From Piedraia hortae CBS 480.64 (lineage: Eukaryota), in the NCBI GenBank assembly GCA_010093745.1, contig MU005978.1, forward strand, positions 240,315 through 260,314: a stretch of 20,000 nt of DNA, in the 5' to 3' direction. The notes below the pieces were generated by a model. That model was given only the letters and a program-made list of their open reading frames with translations. It was not told the origin of the DNA and ran no database searches. Both the position numbers and the translations under genes were made by a program. The stretch's first letter is position 1. The number at the start of each line of letters is the position of its first letter. Of this stretch, positions 8,003 to 17,837 are shown piece after piece.

Positions 8003-10207
8003 TCAGGCTGCGAGAGAATTATGGGGGTATGGATGGCTCACCCCTGTCTGTGGGTCTATCGGACCGTGGCCCTGAGGGCCACGTCCTGGCGGTCGTCCCA
8101 TCAATCCTGGTGCCCGTCCTTGTGGACTGAGCGGATTTCCCGGCGATTGGCTTCCGCGTCGTGATACCGCAGGATAGGGCCCCGAGTGTGGAAGCTCGTT
8201 CAGCCGTTCGGCAGTCAGAGAGTTGCTCCGCGACCCCACTGCCATGTTATGCCTGTCCACACCTCCGTAGCGGTCCGAAGAATATCCCATGAGCGGATCG
8301 TTCATCAACTCCTCGTGCAGACCGGGCATCTGACCCATTAATGACGCACTCGTCCGGTTCTTGCCCGGCCCTCGTTTCCAAGGCGCCCGTCCGCTTCGTC
8401 CGTTTCCTCCCATAGGGAACTCCGGGTTTGACCGCAGCTGATTCGCACTCGGAGCTCTCCTCGTGCGTCGGGACGTGACGCTCATCATGTCTAAATTGTC
8501 CACCTGGCTTGGCGTTAAAGATGGTATCATGGGATCACCATATCCATCCATGTCATCGTCATCGTCATCATCGCCAGGTGGAGGACCACGGTGGGATGGG
8601 CCACGTCGCCTTCCCGGAGGGCCCATATGCATCTCGCGCTCACGTAGTGCCAATTCGCGCTGTCGTAAAGCGAGCTCGCGCTCGCGCAAGGCCAATTCTC
8701 CGGCATTCGGGTGACCCATGTGGTTTCCAGCACCTTCATAGCCGTCGTCGTTGTCGTAGATAACAAGATCTCTAAACTCCTCGAGATTGTCGCCATCTGC
8801 CGAGCCACGGCGGGATTGGTCATTAACACGGGGACCGTAGCCATTGGGCCGGCCATTCATCGATGGCGTTCCACGTCGCAAATGAGGTGGTGGGGGACCT
8901 GATGGAGGCCCTCTGCCACCCGGAGGCCGCATACCAGGCTGACGCATGTTTGGCGGAGCGCCGTTCGGAGGAACATTGGGCGGCATCGCCGCAGTAATTG
9001 GCTGGGGATTCGGTTGGGCATTGGGGACTGCGGCGGCTCCCTCGACCCGGGCGGACGGGGCGCGTGCGGCCGCTGGCTGTCGCTGCTGATTTATTATGTT
9101 GGTGTTTTGGAGGAGTGCGTAGATGGTAGACAGTCGGGGCACAGGAACATTGAGATTTTCAGCCATCTTGACCGGAAACCCGACCGTGGCCTCTACTTCC
9201 ATGGGACGTCGAGCCAGGAAGTCTTGGTACATGGGACTATTGGTATCCGTGGCCATGACCATTTTCTCCATGACCTGCTCAACGAACGACTGTGGAAACG
9301 AGCAGCCCTGACCGCGCGCAAGGGCCATAAGTTCCTCGATCAGGTTACTGATGAGTGCACGCGCCCCGGGCTTCTCCAATAGATCGGCGTGTGACGGCGT
9401 CTCAAAGAGGACACTGGTCGGATGGAAAGCAATTGGGCTGTCGGTCAGTCAAATGACGCCCGATGCAGCAGAAAAACTTACCCAATCGTGCGCTCGTACT
9501 GTTGTTGGCGAATGTTGGGCGAAACTTCACAAGTAATGTCCCCAGCTTTCAACGTCAAAGCCAGCGCTTCAGCCATGTCTTGCTGGATGGCGGGCGGGAT
9601 GGATGGATTGCTGTTGGCAGCTCCCACCCACAGTTCCGAGCCGCCTGTGTGCTCAAATTCGCTGGTGCCGATCTGGGACACATCGGCGCCGCAAACGAGG
9701 GACAGTACGACGTTCGTGGTAAAGCGCTTTTCCAGCTGCGTCTCGACGCCTAGCGCGCTGGACGTGTTGACGAGAATGCATGTATGCTGTGGCGTCACAA
9801 CCGAGTCGATGATGGCACCCAGATCGTAGACCTCGGGCAGTGCCTTCACGCACAGCACGACATAGTCAAATGGGGCGCGCGTTGTCGCCGCGGCCTCATC
9901 GGGCGATCTTACTACTGCAAACGAGTCAGCGCTGGGCGGCCTGCAGCGATGAAGGCCGTACCGTGGCGCGGCTGGAAGCGCTGGTTTCCAAACTTGGCTG
10001 AACGGAACGAGATGCCGTATTGAGCCACCGATTCAAATGCGCTCTTCCATACTAGCGTAACGTCACACGCGTTCGTGGCCGACAGCCTCCACGAGAGGAA
10101 CGCGGAGACGGCGTTGCCGCCCACTGCTTCACCGTCAGTAATCGCCCTCCCATGGGCTCGCAAAACGCACCGGAACACACGCGCAGGCGAGGAGTAGTTG
10201 GCGGCAT
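8003..10207 (-). CDS. Ketopantoate reductase (PanE/ApbA)-fold protein, Svl3/Pam1-like, with a long P/G/R-rich C-terminal tail; exons 10207-10171, 10123-9962, 9914-9482, 9437-8003 (possible extra 3' intron, see findings)
   Basis: Introns 10170-10124 (GTGCGT..CTGAC..CAG, 47 nt), 9961-9915 (GTACGG..CTGAC..CAG, 47 nt) and 9481-9438 (GTAAGT..CTGAC..CAG, 44 nt) give the continuous frame MPPTTPRLRVCSVGGNAVSAFLSWRLSATNACDVTLVWKS...FDYVVLCVKALP...ERTIGPIAFHP...SPMYQDFLARRPMEVE, i.e. ApbA and ApbA_C motifs. Confidence 0.87.
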
Positions 10208-10502
10208 GGAAGATGATGCGACAGGCACGCACTGGGCGGCCCTAGATGAGACGGGGGTGGTGGAGCGGTGACGGATGGGAACGAGGAGCAGCGCTGCGCT
10301 GGGGGGAGGCCCGGGCGTCGTCGGCACGGGAAGCGCCGAGGGCGGGCCGTCAAGCTTTTTTGGGCGGAATTGGGTGCTGGCTGGATGATTAATTGTGCGT
10401 GCGCGCTGCGATGTGGAAGGTGGAAAAAAGTTGTTCTCACTTCCCCTCGCTTCCCCTCTCTTCCCTGCGTTGCTTGCGTCACGATACGTTCACACCCGGG
10501 TC

Positions 10503-10575
10503 CACGTGCTTTCCGTATCACGTGCACTTGTGTCACGTGCATTGTTGGCGGGGCGTACACTGCCAAGATGCCAAG
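10503..10575. promoter_or_regulatory. Cluster of three CACGTG E-boxes and two tandem GCCAAG (PacC-type) sites upstream of the Svl3-like gene
   Basis: CACGTGC at 10503, 10519 and 10534; GCCAAG at 10562 and 10570. Confidence 0.5.
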
Positions 10576-11655
10576 CTCGCAGGAATTATTCTGTTAGCCA
10601 GTCAAATTATCCGACGGCCAAAGTGGGACCTTGGTTGACCTTCTATCAAGATTATGGTCAAAAGTGCACATGCGTTTGCCCAAAGTGGCATGCCGATGAC
10701 CAGGATTCTGCTTTACGATAACTGTCAGAGCAGGCGAAACTCATTATGATCCTTTGTACAATCATCGACTCCTACTAGACTAAAACTAGAATTATGCGAC
10801 AGTTTACTGGGCAAGCATCACTATCGATCCTTCCAGGCAATCATCAAGACTTACCATGATGCAAACACTATGCAAAAATTGACTAGAAATTCAAAACCGC
10901 GGCCTTGGACCATTTATCAAAAGAACGAACGGTGCTAGAGAAGACTCGCCAATTGACTAAAGAAGGACTGGAGAAGAGGCCTCTGATAAGATTATCGCAG
11001 ACCGTGATCGAACCTAGACAAACAGCTTCGATGCTTGTCTAGTTGTTGCCTTGAATGATAAGTGTCGCACAGGCAAAATTCACATTTCTAGGACCGGGCA
11101 GCGAAAGGATACGATCGTCTCCGGTATCTTCTTGCTATGCAGCCAAAGCTCCAGTATTCAGTATTTTTGACAAACCAGTAGACGAGGTAAAATAGACTTT
11201 TGGGCTAGATCATCTATAGTTGCGCTGGGTGGAGAACGGGATATCTTACTGTAAAAGAGTGGTCGACAAACATAAAGAACGAGATTTCGCACTGGCTGGG
11301 CACCGCGGGGATCCTTTTCGATATTGTGGCCTTCTTCAGAGACGTCACAAGCAAAGGCAGCAGCCAGTGACACCTATTAGACAAACTTCCTGGCGGCCCT
11401 CATCTCCGCGATCTAAACCCATGCAGGACTGCTGCATGGGTCATACTGTCTGTCCAGGCTGTTTCAACCATCACGTCAAGTCTGATCGAACTACGTGTCA
11501 TGTGAAAACATTTCTGTCTCTTGTCCGTTGCGAGATCATGTAGACGTAGTACCATAATGAAACCAGATGAATTTGCCGAAATAGGTTTCCTGCAAAGTAG
11601 GTTAAAAATCAAAGAGAATGCGGTCAAGCTATGATACGTCTATTACAGCCATGAT

Positions 11656-12462
11656 TCATCTCAGCTCAAGACTAGCTTTCTGTCTAGAAGGCCACATCCA
11701 TTCCCGAAATGACTTTGCCTTATCTTCTCTTTGGTCCACACTGCCGCCTTCTATCGGTCGAATAGAACCAGGCCTAAACGTAGCCTTGGCTTTCACACAT
11801 GTTTCTGCCTCGAGGGTTTCCAGAGTCGCCTCCAGATCCCTCTCACTCGCGTCATCTGCTATGGCTGTAACCCGGACGACATAAAAGCGATTTGCTAACG
11901 TTGGCTTAACATACTGTAGCTCTAGCTCGATCGGGTCTTCTTCCTCAGCCGGAGCTGGCACTTGAGGTTCCTGCCACCTTGTCGGTCCACTTCTTGCCAA
12001 CGCAGCCGCCAGTCCCATCTTTCCGGTCATTTCTGTAGCTATCATGCCGCCATGGACCACACCAGGCCATCCCGTGAGCCCTGGTCCGAACCAGATGACT
12101 GCCACCAATTTGTTCGCAGTCGAGTTCCAGAAGACTCTTTGTAACCCCAACCCTTTAACCCCGCCCAACTGCGTTTTGTAGCTGTTACTTCCCGATAGAT
12201 TTTCGGTGACCTCGACCCACCCGCTGCCATCCTCGCCCTTTAATTTACCCCTTGCATTATTACACTTGCCCCGTAACACATTGACTTTGAAGTTATCATC
12301 AAGACGTCGTCTCAGATCTTCCATTAGCACCTTGTCCTCATGGCTGCCCCTCTCCGGCATGGCTGGTGGGGCTATTGTGTGAGCCACCATGTTGCCGCCT
12401 ACGAGCCCCGTTGCCAGCGCCGCAGCGCTTCCGATGACGCGGGGACGCAACAGTCCGGACAT
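11656..12462 (-). CDS. HotDog-fold thioesterase family protein (THEM4/Fmp10-like), probably mitochondrial, 268 aa
   Basis: FGPGLTGWPGVVHGGMIAT (the G.P..VHGG motif), LELQYVKPT beta-strand motif, and an Arg-containing, acid-free N-terminus followed by a hydrophobic segment. Confidence 0.82.
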   Translation of the reverse strand: MSGLLRPRVIGSAAALATGLVGGNMVAHTIAPPAMPERGSHEDKVLMEDLRRRLDDNFKVNVLRGKCNNARGKLKGEDGSGWVEVTENLSGSNSYKTQLGGVKGLGLQRVFWNSTANKLVAVIWFGPGLTGWPGVVHGGMIATEMTGKMGLAAALARSGPTRWQEPQVPAPAEEEDPIELELQYVKPTLANRFYVVRVTAIADDASERDLEATLETLEAETCVKAKATFRPGSIRPIEGGSVDQREDKAKSFREWMWPSRQKASLELR

Positions 12463-13793
12463 GATGCAGGGTTTGTACGACAGTTCGGAGTGTGATCACC
12501 ACGTTGTTTAGAGAAGCCGTTAAGCAAAAAGAGGTTAAACTCAAATGGGTTAACATGTTGTGTATTTTATTACATGACTCATGGAAATTGAAACAAAGCA
12601 GCTCATCCAAAGATGAAATTTTGGCAAACCTGACCTCACTGAAGCCTTGTACCATTTGCCAAGCCGAGGAATCAAGACCGCATGCGGTACGGAAGAGCTT
12701 GTAAGGATTCTGTGACTCGGACGCAAGGATGACACAAAATTTTGGATTGAGCTCATGAACCTACGTACATGCCTTTTGATATCACCTCGATTTGGTCGTT
12801 TCTTTTTCTCTCGGGGTCGGCCTTACTGTCTTCAGGAACCAGTATACCCATGCTAACCCATGGCGCCCATTGGTTGGCTTTATGTGTTTCGAACGAGATG
12901 TAGTCGATTGCTCCGATTGCTGTTACTGTAGTCAAGAAGGTGCGCACGCGCAATGTAGCTCGGCCCGACCCACTTGCGCTAGGCGTGTTGGAAGCTTTGT
13001 GCGCACACTGCTAGTTCAAGTAACACGTGCCACAGCAAATTGAATATGACTCTCTTTCAAGCCGTGCCAAAGCACCTGGAGGGTATGTTTGATGGTGCAA
13101 TTGCTCTTCCCTCGAGACGGATGTTATAGTATCGTTTGCCAAACTCTTCAGATGTCAGTCCCAAGTCTCGCCAAACAGACACCACTTCCGGGCTCTTTGG
13201 GGAATTGTATATTTTAATTGGGAGGTGGTCTGATGCAAAGCATCAACCTGCTGCATTGGTGGCAGTAATGCTGTATGCTGACAGTGGTAGACGTCAGTGC
13301 TTTCCAAATGTTCCTAGGATCAACTGCATTCCCAAAGCCTGGTCTGGACGCAAAATCATCAGGAGCCCAAGATGAAGGTTCTTCTATAACTGCCCAAAAA
13401 AAGAACAGGATCGATATGTTATTGCCCACGGCAATATAGTATCAAGCAGCACTGTCCTTTAGACAACGTCGTTTTAGGCGCAGCTCGGCTGATCTAGGAT
13501 CGAACTGTTGCTCAGATAAGACGCCCTCGCGATGATTTGAATTTGGTAGCTGTCCACTTTCTACGACGCAGATTGAAGACGCAACGAGAGTTCTATTTGC
13601 TTCTACAAGGCCCATACGAACAACATGCTTTCCTCTGAGTGGCTGCAGTTCAAAATCGAGAGGGTGTGGGTTTTCTACGGGGGTTGGCAAAATTCGACGG
13701 CACCACACACGGACAAATTGTGGCCTAATTTCCACCAACGCACAAACATATACCGCGATCATGAACAATATACCCGCATAACAGGCCTCTGCC

Positions 13794-15743
13794 ATGTCCG
13801 CAGCAGAGCGGGCTCGTATGAAGTCTTGCAAAACACAGGCCGGGCACAGGCTAACACGTCTCCCAGATCAGCCCACGGGTACTCCTCACAAGGCGCCGGC
13901 CACGAACACAGCAGGAACTCGTGTACGTACCCTGACAGCTCCATTGGCCACTCTGGCTCAGTGCAGCCTGCTAACACTTGTCTTACGGAAACAGTTACCG
14001 TATCACAACCACGGAAGACCTATCAACGCACTCAAACGTTCTGTATCTACCAGTCTAGACAGAATAGGGCATTCAATCTCTTCAGCTGGCAAGTTTCACC
14101 GACGCAGCGCGTCCGAAGGTGGCTATCCCTCAGCTACACCAACGCGCCATCCCAAAACATTCAAAGAGCGTCTCCTTGCATTTGGGACAAGGTCCTCCGA
14201 TGAAGAGCCAGTCACTCTTCCTCTAAACATCACCCTTCAAATGACCCTAATGGAGCTACAAGTTCGTCTCTCATCGTACACGCAGCAATTCAATATGCAG
14301 GACGCGGGCAGGGTCGACCCGCACTTCTGGACGGTCTTTGAGCCGTTGCTTCTATCTATCAGTGAAAGCAGGAACCTCCAGAACATTGAAATCCTATACA
14401 ACCAGTGTCTTGCTTTGTCAAACAGCTTCGCAGCGGCGAGCGATGTCTGTTTTAACGCCAAAAGCCGCCTGACAGCCGCACCCGCCGAGCATATGATCAG
14501 TACTCGCTCTGGCTTAGGCAACATTGCTGGGCCTGCGCCCAGAGCGCAACCCAGATCGGTTTTCAGCACCCAAAACCTGCACGGGTCCCGTCCCCTCCCA
14601 CCTCTCCCGTGCGAAAACCAAGAAGCGAACAGACGTTTGTCGGACGAGGGCCTGGCTCCCAGCTCAGACGATTCCGGTGCGGGAAGGACAAAGTCTGAGT
14701 CATCCACGAAGACTTTGGACGAGTTCGACACCCGTCCCCTCCCATGGATCCCAGGCTTTCATGGAAGCAAAGTAGCGAACGATCTGGGCTTTCTAATCCC
14801 AGCTGAAGCTACTGTTGGACCTATGAGCCGTAGCCCTAGCCCCGACAGTGGCAGAGCCCCCCGTGCGGAGCGGACGACAACCGGCGCATCATACACGGAG
14901 ACAGCAGACGGCCTCACCCTGTTTGATACCCGTCCCCTTGGTGGGTTACCGGGATTCAACGGGAGCAGACTAAACGAACCAGGTTTCCCTATCCCACCTT
15001 TCCCGTCCAACACTCCACTCTCCGCCTCCAGTGTCTTTAGTGAGCACTCCACCGCAACACATGAACACGGTACTAACCGTACGACCTCACCCGTGAGACC
15101 TACAATCCGCTCATCAAGCGAGATCCTCCTCGACTCCACGACCTACAGCTCGCCAACTCCCCCCGGCGGCGCTAGTCGTACCCCAACCCGGCGAGTATTT
15201 ACAGAGACAGACGCCAACATTTCATCAGCGGACCGCAATGGACAAAGGCTGCCCATCTCGAACAGCCGTCCCCAGTACATCGCGCCCCAGCCCTACAAAA
15301 CCCGCTACGGAACGTACATCACCAACGAACTGGGCACTACTTACCGCGTTCGCATGCCTACCTCTGAGACCCCGCCGGAGTTGCCCTCCCGTTCCCAGAT
15401 CAACGCCCCTACCTCCGAACCCAACGACATCCTAACACTCGCCCGTGAGGCCCGCATGAGAACGTACAGCGACATCTCAACCGCATCGACGACCCCCCCG
15501 GGCTCCCCACTCCACTACCAAATCAACGGCCCTACCCCCGACACCCGTGGCTTGTTGACGGCAGCCCGCGAGGCGCACATGCGCAGGATGAATGGAAAGA
15601 CGTCGCCTTCGGTTCCGCCTTTGCCTTTGGCTCAGCCTTCGGCTTCGGCATCGACTTCTGTGGAGTATAGACCTAACAGGGGCAATTCGGTGCATGTTAT
15701 GGAGAGGATTGAGGAGGGGGGTGGGAGTAAGGGGGGCGATTAG
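13794..15743 (+). CDS. Hypothetical Ser/Pro/Thr-rich protein (649 aa unspliced; 625 aa if the in-frame intron 13923-13994 is removed) with two pairs of internal repeats
   Basis: 1950 bp ORF starting at gccATG, with a canonical-looking intron and peptide-level repeats whose DNA differences are partly synonymous. No family recognised. Confidence 0.72.
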   Translation: MSAAERARMKSCKTQAGHRLTRLPDQPTGTPHKAPATNTAGTRVRTLTAPLATLAQCSLLTLVLRKQLPYHNHGRPINALKRSVSTSLDRIGHSISSAGKFHRRSASEGGYPSATPTRHPKTFKERLLAFGTRSSDEEPVTLPLNITLQMTLMELQVRLSSYTQQFNMQDAGRVDPHFWTVFEPLLLSISESRNLQNIEILYNQCLALSNSFAAASDVCFNAKSRLTAAPAEHMISTRSGLGNIAGPAPRAQPRSVFSTQNLHGSRPLPPLPCENQEANRRLSDEGLAPSSDDSGAGRTKSESSTKTLDEFDTRPLPWIPGFHGSKVANDLGFLIPAEATVGPMSRSPSPDSGRAPRAERTTTGASYTETADGLTLFDTRPLGGLPGFNGSRLNEPGFPIPPFPSNTPLSASSVFSEHSTATHEHGTNRTTSPVRPTIRSSSEILLDSTTYSSPTPPGGASRTPTRRVFTETDANISSADRNGQRLPISNSRPQYIAPQPYKTRYGTYITNELGTTYRVRMPTSETPPELPSRSQINAPTSEPNDILTLAREARMRTYSDISTASTTPPGSPLHYQINGPTPDTRGLLTAAREAHMRRMNGKTSPSVPPLPLAQPSASASTSVEYRPNRGNSVHVMERIEEGGGSKGGD

Positions 15744-16109
15744 ACGAATGAGAAGGGAGACGAGTGTGATAGAGTAGGAGGTAGATGCTTGTATCATAGT
15801 CTTTGATGATTTATTTCTATTTTTCTGCTTAAGAGAAAGAAGTGGAGGGCTGGCAGGGAAGGCTGATAGGGAAGGCTGGTGTGACGAGTACGAGGGAAAC
15901 AGGAAAATCAAACCTTCGCAGCAGCTCCTCTGAAATAAAGACTGCCTAGGTGAAGACTTTGTGGCGAGCTCAAAACAGCGCACGGACCACATCGTATAAT
16001 CAAAAGAGGAAAAAGTGTAAAAAATTTTCGCCGTAGGCACGCAACCATTTCCACACGAAATCGAATCTATGAACAAGCCTCACAAACACCCTCGCTAAAA
16101 CATCGCGCA

Positions 16110-17735
16110 TCACACATCTCCACTCTCCTCCTCCCCATGCCAATCATCCTCCAACCCCTCGCCTCTAATCGGCAGACTCAACAAAAAACCCACAGCAGTA
16201 ACCGTCCCAAAAACCCCAAACGCAAGCATTCCCCCCGTAACAGACTCAAACCGCGAGGCAGCAGAAAAAAGCGCACCACTAACAATAGGCCCTACCGCAC
16301 GACCTGCCGCAGAGAGCGTCTGCGCAAGTCCATTTAGCGCACCCAAAACAGCATGCGAGGGCGCCGAGTTCGTGACTAAGAGCATAGCGCTCGCGAGGCC
16401 GCCCACTGTAGCGACTGTTTTGAGAATCAGAACCGCGCCTAGCTCCGCCCATAGCCACAGTTCGCTGGTAGATTTATACCCGACCATGGGGGTTAGAGCA
16501 AAGGCAAGAGCAAGGATTGCGAGGCTGACGCGGTAGGTTACTTTGTTTCCGACTTTGCCGCGCATGCGGCCGAAGAGTCCGACTTGGAAGAGGATCGTGG
16601 CTGCCCCGGCGAAGGCGAGGGAGAGGCCTATTTCTTTGGAGTGGAGGTCGCGTCCGCTGGGTGGGGGGGCTTGGGCGAAAATGGGGTATAGGCTGTTGTA
16701 GCTTACGTTTGAGAGTTGGAAGATTAGGAAGGTCGCTAGGACGAGGATGGTGTCTTTGGTCATGACTTCACGCATGCTGACGGGTGCGGGTTCGGGATCT
16801 GAGTCTGAGCCGGTTGGCTCGGCGAGTAAGCGGGAGCGCTCGGTTAGGAGTGAGGATTTTCGCCATCGCATATTAAAGGGTCGGGGAGATGAGGCTAACT
16901 GCCAGAGCCAGGAAAGGAGATTGCTCACTCGCTGTCCGAGTGATTCGCGGTCTGTGAGATGTTCGAGAGATTCTCGTAGGAAAGTTGCGATTACGATTAA
17001 GTCGACAATAAGGAGGGCAGCGGAGATGAGGTTAGGAGGGAGATATGGGTATTCAAGATGCGGCATGACCAGCAGGCCGCCAACAACGGGTCCAGTGATG
17101 CCACCCAAGCCGTAGATGACAGGGAGATAAGTAAAGGCCCGGCTTTGGTTTGAGCGATCGGTGATTTCACCTACGCAGGTGCTGATGACGCCTTGGTTTC
17201 CGTTAACCAGGCCCATGAACACTTGCACTAGAATCGCCTGCCAAAGTGTACGGCAGAAACCGAAGGCGCCGAAGCAGACTGCTGTTAACAAGGTCCCAAT
17301 CATCACCACCGGTTTGCGACCGATTTGGTCAGAGAGCCATCCCCAGGCGAAATTGCTCACAAACTGGGCCAAAGCGAATGAGGAAGCGAGTAGTCCTACG
17401 CATAATCCCACCTGGTCTGCGCCGACTTCGGGAAAGTTGCTGGCCATATCTGGGAGATAGGGACTTATGCTATTGAGCGCGGTCTGCTCGGCCAGAGCAA
17501 TAAAGGCCAGCACCGACAGCTGGCCTATCGGAAGCGGCGTTTCCACATGCTCAGACGTCTGATGGCCATCGTTATCGGGCGACACCTGGCTGTCGTTGTC
17601 ACTTTCACTACCCATTGGTCGCGACCGATCTATCTTGCGCGCACTTGAAAAAAGTTGATGGTGCAACGCAGAGGAGTGACGATGAAATAGACTGGGCCGA
17701 TCCCATATCCGACGACTATCTGGCTTGGGGGGCAT
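16110..17735 (-). CDS. MFS transporter (12-TM, YCR023C/ZIFL-like drug:H+ antiporter-type); alternative start ATG at 17615
   Basis: ETPLPIGQL.VLA...LAEQTALNSISPYL, motif A WGWLSDQIGRKPV, GLVNGNQGVI, EITDRSNQSRAF, GPVVGG, and LGALNGLAQTLSAAGRAVGP, with about 12 hydrophobic segments. Confidence 0.92.
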   Translation of the reverse strand: MPPKPDSRRIWDRPSLFHRHSSALHHQLFSSARKIDRSRPMGSESDNDSQVSPDNDGHQTSEHVETPLPIGQLSVLAFIALAEQTALNSISPYLPDMASNFPEVGADQVGLCVGLLASSFALAQFVSNFAWGWLSDQIGRKPVVMIGTLLTAVCFGAFGFCRTLWQAILVQVFMGLVNGNQGVISTCVGEITDRSNQSRAFTYLPVIYGLGGITGPVVGGLLVMPHLEYPYLPPNLISAALLIVDLIVIATFLRESLEHLTDRESLGQRVSNLLSWLWQLASSPRPFNMRWRKSSLLTERSRLLAEPTGSDSDPEPAPVSMREVMTKDTILVLATFLIFQLSNVSYNSLYPIFAQAPPPSGRDLHSKEIGLSLAFAGAATILFQVGLFGRMRGKVGNKVTYRVSLAILALAFALTPMVGYKSTSELWLWAELGAVLILKTVATVGGLASAMLLVTNSAPSHAVLGALNGLAQTLSAAGRAVGPIVSGALFSAASRFESVTGGMLAFGVFGTVTAVGFLLSLPIRGEGLEDDWHGEEESGDV

Positions 17736-17837
17736 AAATTCCTTGCTGGTGTTTTTATCTTTGTCGATGACGACAGCAGCAACGGTCCGCGCCGTTGTGC
17801 CCGGTATTAAGTAACTTTACATTTGCGGTATCATACA

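Noticed and set aside
11014..11043. Hairpin ending in CTAG-T as a Helitron 3' end
   Set aside because: The CTAG is part of the stem rather than lying about 10 nt downstream of a separate GC-rich hairpin, and no Rep/helicase remnant is recognised.
12700..12760. An actual U6 or U4 snRNA gene
   Set aside because: The ACAGAGA box and AGC triad of U6 are missing upstream of the 14-mer, and the minus strand does not continue as U4.
12550..12953. Small spliced protein gene on the minus strand
   Set aside because: The splice models I tried need non-canonical GAG acceptors or give short, unrecognisable peptides.
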